Part shown: positions 1 through 8,373 of the stretch, piece by piece
Numbering within the stretch: position 1 is the first letter of the stretch
Layout of the letters: each line of letters begins with the position of its first letter
Virus record (IMG/VR): IMGVR_UViG_2541047889_000005
Coordinates: 1 to 24,228 of that record
DNA: 24,228 bases
From: a virus
Lineage: Duplodnaviria; Heunggongvirae; Uroviricota; Caudoviricetes
Strand: one strand, 5' to 3'
Notes under the pieces: model-generated
Told to the model about the DNA's origin: nothing
Databases searched by the model: none
The model's input: the letters and a program-made list of their open reading frames with translations, nothing else
Made by a program: the position numbers and the translations under genes

Positions 1-1062
1 TTCTCCCAAACCAAGGTATGTGAGAAGACCAGCTACATCCTTTCCACTCAAATTAGTCAGCGTATTGTCCAGCGGTTGTTTACCTGCCAGTGCATTAAGC
101 ATTGTCGTGGCAAAGTTCGGGTCATTCCCCAGCGCCGCCGCCAGTTCGTTCAATGTATCCAGTGCCGCAGGTGCAGAACCCACCATTCCTGCAATCGCCG
201 ATTTCACAAAAGCCGTAGTGGCAATCTGTGTATTGTTGACCGACTGTGCCGCAGTAGGTGCTGTTGGCGTTCCAGTAAGTGCCGGACTCGACAGCGGCGC
301 TTTCAGTGCCAGCGCATTATTAATAGTGGTACTGAATTTCGGGTCATTGTTAATGGCTGCGGCAATTTCTTTCAGTGTGTCCAGCGTGGCTGGCGCACCG
401 TTAATCAGAGCAGTAATAGCGGCCTGAACAAACTCTGTGGTCGCAATCCGAGTGGTGTTATTTCCTGCTGCAGGCGTCGGCGCTTTTGGTTCTCCGGTAA
501 ATGTCGGATTATGTTTCTGCGCATACTGGGTATGAGGATCTTGTGCGGCAATGTGGTTTCTCATCTGGTCATCCACATACAGCTTTAATTCCAGGACTTT
601 ATCATCCACGTATTTACGGGTTGCCAGCACTACAGCAGGGTCGATTTTCAGGATGATATTGTCCGTACTGCTGGTAATCAGCACCATGCGCACGGTCTGG
701 GTACGCCCGCTGCCTTCAGCCAGTTGCGGCTTATAGCTTTCCGGGCAGTTTCCCACGGCAATCAATGCCCCGGACTCATCAAACAGGCCCACTTCACGTA
801 TCCACCAACCGCCCTCGTTTTCAGGGATCACCTGTTCAGCAATAATCTGGCTACTGTTCTGCGGGTCGATATAAAGCATATTCAGCGCAGCCCGGCGTTT
901 CTCATTTACCAGTGCCGTCTGCTTGGCGTCCGGCGTTGGCAATACTCCGCCGCCATCGCCCACCGCCATATGGGTAATTTTTAGCGGCACACCGAGCGCG
1001 GCGGCGCTGGCAAGTTTCGCCGCGCCAATATCCGTCAGCAGGGTATAAAATTTTGTGCTCAT
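1..1062 (-). CDS. H: Tail fibre protein, N-terminal part only (gene runs off the left edge of the window)
   Basis: Reverse-strand ATG at 1060-1062 overlaps the stop of gene I (ATGA). Hand translation gives MSTKFYTLLTDIGAAKLASAA...MAVGDGGG...IAVGNCPESYKPQLAEGSGRTQ, the conserved N-terminus of P2-type gpH. The frame stays open to position 1. It is absent from the ORF track only because no stop lies within the window. Confidence 0.8.
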   Translation of the reverse strand, partial: MSTKFYTLLTDIGAAKLASAAALGVPLKITHMAVGDGGGVLPTPDAKQTALVNEKRRAALNMLYIDPQNSSQIIAEQVIPENEGGWWIREVGLFDESGALIAVGNCPESYKPQLAEGSGRTQTVRMVLITSSTDNIILKIDPAVVLATRKYVDDKVLELKLYVDDQMRNHIAAQDPHTQYAQKHNPTFTGEPKAPTPAAGNNTTRIATTEFVQAAITALINGAPATLDTLKEIAAAINNDPKFSTTINNALALKAPLSSPALTGTPTAPTAAQSVNNTQIATTAFVKSAIAGMVGSAPAALDTLNELAAALGNDPNFATTMLNALAGKQPLDNTLTNLSGKDVAGLLTYLGLGE

Positions 1063-1664
1063 GGATTCACTCTCATTGTGTCAATAACATGGACCGCCCC
1101 GCCTTCATGCGCGGTGCCACCGGAAATAATCGTTTCGTTGATATACGGATAGATCGTGATTTCTTCGCCAAGATAGCTGGCGGCTCCCACCCAATGCGGG
1201 CCGCTGGTCTGCAGATTGATGGACATGCCGATCATGTGGCGGCTACATGGTTTGGCATCGCTTATCAGTCGCTCAAGTTCCAGATAGGTATCTTCAGTGA
1301 TGCCCTGGTCCTGCACGCCGATATCCAGGCGAAACGTGCCCGGTGCCTCTCCGGTTTGCCACCACTCAATAATGCGGATCAGAAAGCCGAACGGCTCCAC
1401 CACCCGCCGCACGGCACTGGTGGTCCCTTTATGCTGATGAATATAAAAAGCATCCTTCACCACCTGGCGCTTGACGCTTTCTGTCCAGCCCTCGTCCCAG
1501 CGATCCACAGAGAACGCCCAGGCGAGATAAGGCAGGAAACTGACCGGACAGGTTGCCGGATTCCACAAGTCACGAAGCGGCACCTGCAGATCAGAAATCC
1601 CGCTGCAGGTTTGTGCCAGTCGGCGCTCCAGTGGTGTTGAACCCGGTGGCAGCAGACTATTCAT
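1059..1664 (-). CDS. I: Baseplate assembly protein gpI
   Basis: 201-aa ORF MNSLLPPGSTPLERRLAQTCSGISDL... resembles P2 gpI; follows J and precedes H as in P2. Confidence 0.8.
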   Translation of the reverse strand: MNSLLPPGSTPLERRLAQTCSGISDLQVPLRDLWNPATCPVSFLPYLAWAFSVDRWDEGWTESVKRQVVKDAFYIHQHKGTTSAVRRVVEPFGFLIRIIEWWQTGEAPGTFRLDIGVQDQGITEDTYLELERLISDAKPCSRHMIGMSINLQTSGPHWVGAASYLGEEITIYPYINETIISGGTAHEGGAVHVIDTMRVNP

Positions 1665-2565
1665 CCGTTCCCCCGTTGGTCACGCTCCACTCCGTACATG
1701 ATGCCGCCTGCGTTTTGTTCAGGACCACATCCGCCAGCGGGGAAGCCAGTTCCACACGCTGAACACCCTCAACATGCAGCGCGGCAAAAATGGCGCTACG
1801 GCGAATATCCCGACCAAGCCGCGTCTGACTGGCAATGTACCTCTGCAGGCTGGCTTTTGCCGCTGCCATTACCGGCTCTGCTTCCGGCCCCGGATAGAGA
1901 AAAATGGTAGCTTCCACGCGGTACGGGATGATTTCTGCACTGCGAACCGTCAGACGGTCAGCCACCGGGCGGACGTTCTCACTGTTCAGGGCTTTCTCCA
2001 CCACATCCAGCAGGTCTTTTTCTGCTGTTCCATCGCCTTCGCGGCTAAGGACAGTCAGCACCACCTCTGCAGGTGCCGGGCTGGTTGCACTGGCATCCGC
2101 CACCCGACCGTCGGCGCTTCGGGCATGAAATTCATAAGCTGCAGTTGGCCCCGCAACTGAAAGCCCCTCAAAGGCTGCAGGCACACGCAGGCGTAACGCT
2201 TCATCGCTTTCCATCACAGCTGCAACGGGCGGCACAGCGTCATCATCAGCAGGCGTCACCGTCAGGCGTTTCACGTTGTAGTTGGCAGCGAGCTGGTCCA
2301 GATCGCCGCCCATCGCGTAAGCCACCATCACCGCCTGCGCGGCTTCGTTAATGCGCTGGCGCAGAAGCAACTCACGGTAAGCGTTCTCCTGCAGCAATTT
2401 GGTGACGGGTTCAGATTCCAGTTCCAGCGTGCGGATCACAGCCTCCTGCTCATCTTTCGGATGAAGCGCCACAAATTCTGCCTTGCGTTCGGCAAGCAGC
2501 GTCTCAAAGTTCGGCACATCCACAATCTGCGGCGCAGGCAACTGCGAAAGGTCAATCACTGCCAT
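1657..2565 (-). CDS. J: Baseplate protein gpJ (gp6-like wedge)
   Basis: ORF 1657..2604; likely start at the ATG giving MAVIDLSQLPAPQIVDV..., matching the P2 gpJ N-terminus; overlaps the W 3' end. Confidence 0.8.
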   Translation of the reverse strand: MAVIDLSQLPAPQIVDVPNFETLLAERKAEFVALHPKDEQEAVIRTLELESEPVTKLLQENAYRELLLRQRINEAAQAVMVAYAMGGDLDQLAANYNVKRLTVTPADDDAVPPVAAVMESDEALRLRVPAAFEGLSVAGPTAAYEFHARSADGRVADASATSPAPAEVVLTVLSREGDGTAEKDLLDVVEKALNSENVRPVADRLTVRSAEIIPYRVEATIFLYPGPEAEPVMAAAKASLQRYIASQTRLGRDIRRSAIFAALHVEGVQRVELASPLADVVLNKTQAASCTEWSVTNGGTDE

Positions 2566-2911
2566 TCTCTGCTCCTGTTGATACGGAAAGGGACACAGGC
2601 ACACCGTTATTCCGCCGCCCGGTCAGCTCCACCACCATTGAACCGTCAAAATTGCTGTTGATGGTGATGGAATCCAGCGTCAGCCGTGGCTCCCAGCGAC
2701 TCAGTGCCACATACACAGCCGACATGACCTGCAGGCGTAACGCCGGATTTTGTGGCTGATCTATTAAAGCCGACAGCAGGGAACCATATTCCCGGCGGGC
2801 AATGCGGCTACCCTGCGGTGTCAGCAGAATGTCCCGCACCGACTGGCGCAGATGGTCAATATCAGTAATAGCTTTACCGCTGGTATTGTTCATCCCGATA
2901 TAAAGCGTCAT
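2552..2911 (-). CDS. W: Baseplate wedge protein gpW (gp25-like)
   Basis: 119-aa ORF MTLYIGMNNTSGKAITDIDHLRQSVRDILLTPQGSRI...; start overlaps V stop (ATGA). Confidence 0.8.
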   Translation of the reverse strand: MTLYIGMNNTSGKAITDIDHLRQSVRDILLTPQGSRIARREYGSLLSALIDQPQNPALRLQVMSAVYVALSRWEPRLTLDSITINSNFDGSMVVELTGRRNNGVPVSLSVSTGAENGSD

Positions 2912-3486
2912 ACCGGGCCTCCGGTTGTGTCGCCGCCTTTCAGGACGCCAGTATGCTGATGCGCATCAACCACGATCCCGTTAGAACTCATTGCACCGCC
3001 GCCCTGGGTAACGCCACCATTGATCACCACTTCGCTGTTAATACGCGTGCGGTCAGCCTCCAGCACAAACTCACTGGTTTTCAGGGTGATGTTGTCGGCA
3101 GCCTCAATGACCATGGATTTGATGCCCCTGACATACCAGCGCCCGGTGGCGGGTTCGTATTCAAACCAGCCACCATCAGGATGTTCTGTCACGCAGGCTT
3201 CCGCCGACGTTGACGGCGGTGCGAACTGATTCGAATAGATGGCGGGCAACGCAAAGGCGGTTTCCAGATTGCCACCCAGGCTGAACAGCACAACCTGCTC
3301 GCCCACAGACGGTTTCCACCAGGTGCGCGATTTGCCCGCGCGCAGTGTCAGCCAGTTAATCCAGTTGGTTTCAAGGTCGCCCGTTTTCACCCGGCAAAGC
3401 CAGTTCTCCCGGTCCACCTCGGTGACTACACCAGTGCGGATCAGGTTGGTGATAAGGCGCATGATTTCAGTCAGTTGTGCATTCAT
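2908..3486 (-). CDS. V: Baseplate spike/assembly protein gpV
   Basis: ORF 2908..3564; probable start at ATG 3486 (MNAQLTEIMRLITNLIRTGVVTEVD...), which aligns with the P2 gpV N-terminus; AAGGA RBS upstream. Confidence 0.8.
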   Translation of the reverse strand: MNAQLTEIMRLITNLIRTGVVTEVDRENWLCRVKTGDLETNWINWLTLRAGKSRTWWKPSVGEQVVLFSLGGNLETAFALPAIYSNQFAPPSTSAEACVTEHPDGGWFEYEPATGRWYVRGIKSMVIEAADNITLKTSEFVLEADRTRINSEVVINGGVTQGGGAMSSNGIVVDAHQHTGVLKGGDTTGGPV

Positions 3487-3534
3487 GAGAGCGATCCTTG
3501 CACAACCGGGTAGAGTGATGTAATACAGAGCGTA

Positions 3535-3555
3535 TGTATGGAGAACCACACAAAA
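3535..3555. promoter_or_regulatory. Candidate late-promoter activator site (TGT-N12-ACA dyad; Ogr/B-type)
   Basis: tgtatggagaaccacacaaaa; shares TGT-N6-AACCACACAAA with the site at 10361-10380 in the O/P divergent region. Confidence 0.35.
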
Positions 3556-3581
3556 GAGAAACAATTTCTAAGGTATTTAAG

Positions 3582-4448
3582 ATGACACAAATCGCAATTT
3601 ATGGATTTAATTTCACTAAAAAAATCACATTTGACGGTGGTGAGTTAACTCCTATTTTCAGTTCATGGAGTGAGTTAAAAAAAAATGGCTGGGCTAATGA
3701 TAGGTACATCCTCACTGGTTTTTTCAAACCAAACTCGAATAACTACGCCACTCAACAGCAGCTTATTTTTGATTTACAAGCAGTTCTTAGTTTTATTGAA
3801 CAAAAAAATGTAATCATTTCAGGAGAACTTGAAAATGATGAAACCCCTTTCAATTTCAAACCATCTCTACCCAAAAAGCTTGACAAAAAAAGAGATAAGG
3901 GTGCGGGCATTATCATCATGGAAGATTATTTTGCACCAAACAGCCGAGAAAATTTTATTTGCTTAGCCATGGAAAAACTAAATAGTAAAGCCATGCTAAA
4001 ACAAGATGCCTTTAGAACATCATTTTTTAAATCAATGCTAGCTTTCCGCGACTCAATAAATTATATCGACGTCAGATATTATTTATTATTCTCGGCACTA
4101 GAAGCACTTTGCAGATTTATTAAAAATGACTACTCCCCTGCCAAAACACCACAAATAATCACTCAGGTTTTAAAAGAATATGGTTTTAATGTCGAAAAAA
4201 CAGGACATACATTAGCTCAAAGAAACATTATGCATTACTGCAAACTCCGTCACTCGCTGTTCCACAATGGTAAATACATTGCCTATCTTGATGAAAAAAA
4301 CTCAGATGGCAAAATTGAAATTCAAGATTACTCATCAAATTTGAATTTACTGGTGCCACTTGTACTAATGAAATTCATAGGATTTGATGACAATTATATA
4401 AACTGGGACTCATGGATTGATAGGAATCCATTTATCAGTAAAAAGTAA
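3582..4448 (+). CDS. Hypothetical protein, A+T-rich cargo gene inserted between tail genes V and S on the opposite strand
   Basis: ORF 3534..4448; likely ATG at 3582 (MTQIAIYGFNFTKKITFDGG...) with AGG RBS; strongly AT-rich compared with flanking GC-rich phage genes; no recognisable motif. Confidence 0.7.
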   Translation: MTQIAIYGFNFTKKITFDGGELTPIFSSWSELKKNGWANDRYILTGFFKPNSNNYATQQQLIFDLQAVLSFIEQKNVIISGELENDETPFNFKPSLPKKLDKKRDKGAGIIIMEDYFAPNSRENFICLAMEKLNSKAMLKQDAFRTSFFKSMLAFRDSINYIDVRYYLLFSALEALCRFIKNDYSPAKTPQIITQVLKEYGFNVEKTGHTLAQRNIMHYCKLRHSLFHNGKYIAYLDEKNSDGKIEIQDYSSNLNLLVPLVLMKFIGFDDNYINWDSWIDRNPFISKK

Positions 4449-4474
4449 ACTAAATTTTATAAATGTGGTTTTAT

Positions 4475-4921
4475 TTATCTCTGTAACCAATTTAGCAAAG
4501 CATCCTGAATGACAGTTTCCACATCATCATTTACGCCTAGGAGACGACGCTCTGCATAACGGACCTCCGGTCCTCTTCGACTGATGCGATCACGCAGGCC
4601 GTAGTGATGAACGCGGGCAATGCGCTGCACCTTACCTTCAAACTGCACGCTGGCAGAATCGGCGCTGGCGGCAGTTTTCAGGTATTTTGTGGTGCGCAGC
4701 TTTGTAAACATCTGACGTTTGATGCGCCCCTTTTTGCTGCGTGCTGTTACCCGTCGCGGCTCATAACTGCTGCCATCTGGATTGCGCTGCATCCTGATGT
4801 TCTGCTGCTGTGTCCGGCGCAGTTCCTGCGCCAGCTGGCGCATCATGCGGCTTCTTGCGGCTGGCTCCAGATTCGCCAGCAAGGCACTCAGCCAGTCGTC
4901 CACCTTCTGCAATTCAGCCAC
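4475..4921 (-). CDS. S: Tail completion protein gpS
   Basis: 148-aa ORF MAELQKVDDWLSALLANLEPAARSRMMRQLA...; position after R as in P2. Confidence 0.75.
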   Translation of the reverse strand: MAELQKVDDWLSALLANLEPAARSRMMRQLAQELRRTQQQNIRMQRNPDGSSYEPRRVTARSKKGRIKRQMFTKLRTTKYLKTAASADSASVQFEGKVQRIARVHHYGLRDRISRRGPEVRYAERRLLGVNDDVETVIQDALLNWLQR

Positions 4922-5345
4922 GTTTCACCGTCCACATTTCTTCAGGTTCATCAGGTTCCGCTATAGCTTCAACGCTCGACACACTGCCGTCAGTGCTGAC
5001 CAGCACACGCTCCGTCAGTTGCAGGTTCAGGCTGATATCACAGACATCGTTGCGCAGAATATCCACCTCAAAGGTGAATAGTTTTTCCCGTAACGCCGGG
5101 TTATTGATGGCATCGGGCTGGTTATCCCGCAGCCACAGCAAAACCGGGGCCATCAGCAGATTCTGGTCGCCGCTGAAATCCTCAATCACTGCGTTCAGCG
5201 TGTAACGGTACTCCCACGACATGGAGCTGGTCCCCGTGGCAACCAGCGAACCGTTATCCACAAACAGATGCAGTTTGTCCGGGTTATTGCGGACATAAGG
5301 CACTGCTTTATTAAGGGCGTGGCGCAGGGATTGTGGTTTGTTCAC
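4914..5345 (-). CDS. R: Tail completion protein gpR
   Basis: ORF 4914..5366; probable GTG start at 5345 preceded by AGGAGC, giving (M)NKPQSLRHALNKAV..., which matches the P2 gpR N-terminus. Confidence 0.75.
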   Translation of the reverse strand: MNKPQSLRHALNKAVPYVRNNPDKLHLFVDNGSLVATGTSSMSWEYRYTLNAVIEDFSGDQNLLMAPVLLWLRDNQPDAINNPALREKLFTFEVDILRNDVCDISLNLQLTERVLVSTDGSVSSVEAIAEPDEPEEMWTVKRG

Positions 5346-5592
5346 TGTTTCGCTCCTGACACGCAATAATCATGTCCACTTTGTCTGCACAGACCGCCCA
5401 GGCGGCCTCCGTTTCATCCAGCAACGCGTTCAGCTCACCGTTAGTGCGCGGCGCTGTCTGATCCAGCCGACACGGCGTCACTCGCGGACAACCACTGACG
5501 GTAAGCTGCACCTCCGGTGAGTGCCGGACGTTCCCGCAGCCGGATAATGTCAGCAGGCAAAGGAGTATCAGCCCAGCGGCGTAAATCCTCAT
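5311..5592 (-). CDS. lysC: Outer-membrane spanin lipoprotein (LysC/Rz1-like), embedded out of frame in lysB 3' end and overlapping R
   Basis: MRIYAAGLILLCLLTLSGC... has a lipobox (LSGC) after a signal peptide; proline-rich; nested in the +1 frame of the i-spanin gene as in P2 lysB/lysC. Confidence 0.7.
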   Translation of the reverse strand: MRIYAAGLILLCLLTLSGCGNVRHSPEVQLTVSGCPRVTPCRLDQTAPRTNGELNALLDETEAAWAVCADKVDMIIACQERNSEQTTIPAPRP

Positions 5593-5869
5593 TCTCACGT
5601 TTCAGTTCCTCAATCCGGCGTTGTCGTTGTCTCAGCAGCGCGCTGGTCTGTTCTGCGTCGGCATAGAGCCGCGCCTGCTCCCGGTTATTGGTTTCAGTCA
5701 GAATGGACAGGCTGATAAGCTGGCTGTTGCTCTTTGCCAGTGCCTGGCTTTTGCTCTGCAGCTCGTCCGCCTGCGTGCTGATGGTCCGGCTGGCATCAGC
5801 CAGCCGCCACGTCTGCCAGCCCAGCGCCGCCAGTAATAACGCCAGCATAACCAGCAGCAACCGGTTCAT
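5441..5869 (-). CDS. lysB: Inner-membrane spanin (LysB/Rz-like)
   Basis: 142 aa; N-terminal TM (MNRLLLVMLALLLAALGWQTW) followed by a coiled-coil-like charged region (ELKRENEDLRR); start overlaps lysA stop. Confidence 0.8.
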   Translation of the reverse strand: MNRLLLVMLALLLAALGWQTWRLADASRTISTQADELQSKSQALAKSNSQLISLSILTETNNREQARLYADAEQTSALLRQRQRRIEELKRENEDLRRWADTPLPADIIRLRERPALTGGAAYRQWLSASDAVSAGSDSAAH

Positions 5870-6243
5870 GCTGCTACCTGTTGCGCCATCTGATTACGGG
5901 TGATCCAGAAGGCAATAACGGTCAGTAGATAAAAGACCAGGGTAATAGCCCACCCCGTCCAGACGAGACTTACGACAATCAGCAATCGCATCACCCAGCT
6001 GATAAATACGTTTTCTTTTCGGGTAATGGTCTTCAGCAAAGATACCCTCAACTCCTGCCAGAGCGAGCCATTCTTAATTAACGCAGCCAGTGCTACCGGA
6101 ATTGCCGCCCATGTCAGTAAACAGGCTACCCAAACGCCGGACGCTGCCAGTACCGGAAAAATCCCCTGCGGATACACCATTGCTGCGATTAACAGCGCCA
6201 TCCATAACATCAGAAACAGTCCGCTGATTAATTTCTTTTTCAT
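5866..6243 (-). CDS. lysA: LysA-like lysis-timing membrane protein
   Basis: ORF 5866..6315; likely start at ATG 6243 (MKKKLISGLFLMLWMALLIAAMV...); about four hydrophobic segments; sits between endolysin and spanins as in P2. Confidence 0.65.
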   Translation of the reverse strand: MKKKLISGLFLMLWMALLIAAMVYPQGIFPVLAASGVWVACLLTWAAIPVALAALIKNGSLWQELRVSLLKTITRKENVFISWVMRLLIVVSLVWTGWAITLVFYLLTVIAFWITRNQMAQQVAA

Positions 6244-6244
6244 T

Positions 6245-6757
6245 TCAGTTTGCTCCCTGTAAGCACCAGGCCATCTCCCGCGCACGGCGGTTATCCAGCC
6301 CCTGATTAAACACACCTTTCACATACACCCAGCGCGGCAACTGTCGGCACGCATCCGCCCAGCGCCGCTGATTGAGCAATTTCACCAGCGTGGAGCTGCA
6401 GGCATTGCCTGTCCCCACGTTGAAGGCAAATGACACCACCGCGTCATACACTTTCTGCGGTGGCTGTTGCTTCACACACCTTTCCAGTGACCGCTCCACA
6501 CGCAGCACGTTGGAGATAAGCCCTTCTGCTGCCTGTCGTTCCGTAATGGTTTTGCCGGGAATGACGTCCGACGTATTACCAATGCCGTCAGTCCATACAC
6601 CCGCGCTGCACTGATACGGCTGCAGACGACAGCCTTCGTAATCGGCAATCAGTTTCAGTCCTTCCACGGAGGTGTGAAGCTGCTGAAAACCCGGCAGCGT
6701 GGCAGCAATAGCCAGCACGGCCCCGACAAGGCAGCGTTTAACGATTGATGGATTCAT
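6245..6757 (-). CDS. K: Endolysin, GH24 lysozyme family with N-terminal hydrophobic signal-anchor (SAR-type)
   Basis: 170 aa; N-terminal VKRCLVGAVLAIAATLPGF hydrophobic stretch, then ADYEGCRLQPYQCSAGVWTDGIGNT (E-x8-C/D-x5-T lysozyme catalytic motif as in P21 R-type endolysins); strong GGGAGGA RBS. Confidence 0.8.
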   Translation of the reverse strand: MNPSIVKRCLVGAVLAIAATLPGFQQLHTSVEGLKLIADYEGCRLQPYQCSAGVWTDGIGNTSDVIPGKTITERQAAEGLISNVLRVERSLERCVKQQPPQKVYDAVVSFAFNVGTGNACSSTLVKLLNQRRWADACRQLPRWVYVKGVFNQGLDNRRAREMAWCLQGAN

Positions 6758-6953
6758 AATCCTCCCGCGAGATCTGCCCGTCGCGCAGAAGCTGGTAGGC
6801 TTTGTGTTTGTAGTACCAGTTGATAGCCAGCATCAGTACACCAATCATCAGGCCGCCCAGCGTTGAGGCATCCTTGATGGACAAATCGCCCAGCCAGGCC
6901 AGCACGACGGCGATGCAATACGTGATAAAGGCGCTGATTCGCTCAAGCGTCAT
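6738..6953 (-). CDS. Y: Holin (small, two-TM class II type; possible pinholin)
   Basis: 71 aa with two hydrophobic segments and a charged C-terminus, immediately upstream of and overlapping the endolysin gene. Confidence 0.7.
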   Translation of the reverse strand: MTLERISAFITYCIAVVLAWLGDLSIKDASTLGGLMIGVLMLAINWYYKHKAYQLLRDGQISREDYESINR

Positions 6954-6956
6954 AAT

Positions 6957-7160
6957 TCAGTCCCATAGCTGGACGGTCTGCACGGTGGTGGTTGTCGGAA
7001 TGTCCGGCAGCTCCACCTGCAGCCCGTGAGGTAAAAAGGGGCCGTATTCGGCAAGCCCCGGATTTGCCTTCAGTACCTGCTCCGTGACACCCTGCGTGCG
7101 CCCGTAATGACGCCAGCAAAGTGCGTCCACCGTGTCATACTGATGCGCACGCACTTTCAT
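6957..7160 (-). CDS. X: Tail protein gpX
   Basis: 67 aa (MKVRAHQYDTVDALCWRHYG...), same size and position as P2 gpX. Confidence 0.75.
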   Translation of the reverse strand: MKVRAHQYDTVDALCWRHYGRTQGVTEQVLKANPGLAEYGPFLPHGLQVELPDIPTTTTVQTVQLWD

Positions 7161-7624
7161 CAGATAAGCTCCACTGTGCAGTGCGGCGCATCCTGCACCC
7201 GGCTGATGGCCCAGCGGGCGTCACGCCATAAATCACCGCTTGCTTCCGCCAGTTCCTCGCCTCGCTTCGCACCGGATGCCGTGGCGTCATAGTCCTGGTA
7301 ACGTTCGTTGAGCATGGCGCGTGCCCAGCAGTAAACCGCGTTGAAATAGTGCTGAATGCGCTCGCTTTTGCCGTCCAGTTGTTCCGCCGGGACTTCTGCC
7401 AGCGAGGCATACCCCAGCATCTGCTGGCGTCTGCGAAACTCATACAGCTCTGCGTTGACCTCCGAAATTGCCGACAGCGCAACCTGCTTTAAACGCGGCT
7501 GCGTCACCGTGCCGTCAGTGCGCATGACACTGCGAAACTCCGACAGGTCCACATCAGGCCAGAACGGCGTATTTCTGATGATTTCCGCCTGTTCCGGTGC
7601 CTGTTCTGGCGCAACAAACTTCAT
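7160..7624 (-). CDS. L: Head completion/stabilisation protein gpL
   Basis: ORF 7160..7687; ATG at 7624 with AGGAGA RBS gives MKFVAPEQAPEQAEIIRNTPFWPDVDL...ELYEFRRRQ..., resembling P2 gpL; an upstream GTG start at 7687 is possible. Confidence 0.7.
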   Translation of the reverse strand: MKFVAPEQAPEQAEIIRNTPFWPDVDLSEFRSVMRTDGTVTQPRLKQVALSAISEVNAELYEFRRRQQMLGYASLAEVPAEQLDGKSERIQHYFNAVYCWARAMLNERYQDYDATASGAKRGEELAEASGDLWRDARWAISRVQDAPHCTVELI

Positions 7625-7719
7625 GCTGCTTTCTCCTGAAATAAAGGGCGGTGGACGGGGTTTTGATGTGGCAGTGCCTTTCGCCACCCCGTGCCGCCCG
7701 TGCGCGGGGGCACGTTCTG

Positions 7720-8370
7720 TCAGCGGCTGTCATTGCGCAGTCTGCGCTCCAGCTGCTGTTTGTCTTTTTTCACGCCACAGCGGGGATCGAGCTGTAACGC
7801 ATGGTTGAGATGATTAAGGGCGGAAGCCGGATTGCTTTCACTCAGGACAGCGCCAATCGCTTTATGCAGACGCGCCCGTGACTGGTCCGGCATATCCAGA
7901 CCGTCTGTCAGCTCCAGCGTCTGCAGCAACAGATCGGCATCAAAGCCGGTGGCGGCAAGCATTGCGCTCTGCGCTGCATCTGCCATTTCCTCTGCCAGCA
8001 CGGTCTGCACGTTGCGGTTACCCAGCGGCATCACCCAGCCATGACGCAGGGCATGACGCCCGATCTCCAGCGCCCCGGCATAATCTCCGGCATCAATGCG
8101 CCACAGCATCACGTACATCAGCACGTCATCCTGTTGAGCGCCTCCGGCAGCCAGGACGCCCTCCGCCCAGGCGGCATATTTCGGCAGCAGCTCCACCTTG
8201 ATTTCCGCTTTTTTCACCGTGGACTGAACGCCCTTGAGACGGCGGCGGTCTTCCACCAGTTGCAGCAGCATCAGGTCATAGCCCGACGCGTGGCGAACGC
8301 TGCCGCCCTCGCGGGCGGCCTGTTCAGCCTGAACGCGCAGGCGATGCTGCCGTGCGGGACTCAGGCTCAT
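7720..8370 (-). CDS. M: Terminase small (endonuclease) subunit gpM
   Basis: 216 aa; ...GAQQDDVLMYVMLWRIDAGDYAGALEIGRHAL... aligns with the P2 gpM core. Confidence 0.8.
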   Translation of the reverse strand: MSLSPARQHRLRVQAEQAAREGGSVRHASGYDLMLLQLVEDRRRLKGVQSTVKKAEIKVELLPKYAAWAEGVLAAGGAQQDDVLMYVMLWRIDAGDYAGALEIGRHALRHGWVMPLGNRNVQTVLAEEMADAAQSAMLAATGFDADLLLQTLELTDGLDMPDQSRARLHKAIGAVLSESNPASALNHLNHALQLDPRCGVKKDKQQLERRLRNDSR

Positions 8371-8373
8371 GGG

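Noticed and set aside
20-984. Plus-strand ORFs 20..427, 76..588, 551..736, 724..984
   Set aside because: They lie antisense to the open minus-strand frame of tail fibre gene H and have Cys/Arg-rich, low-complexity translations typical of shadow ORFs in GC-rich coding DNA.
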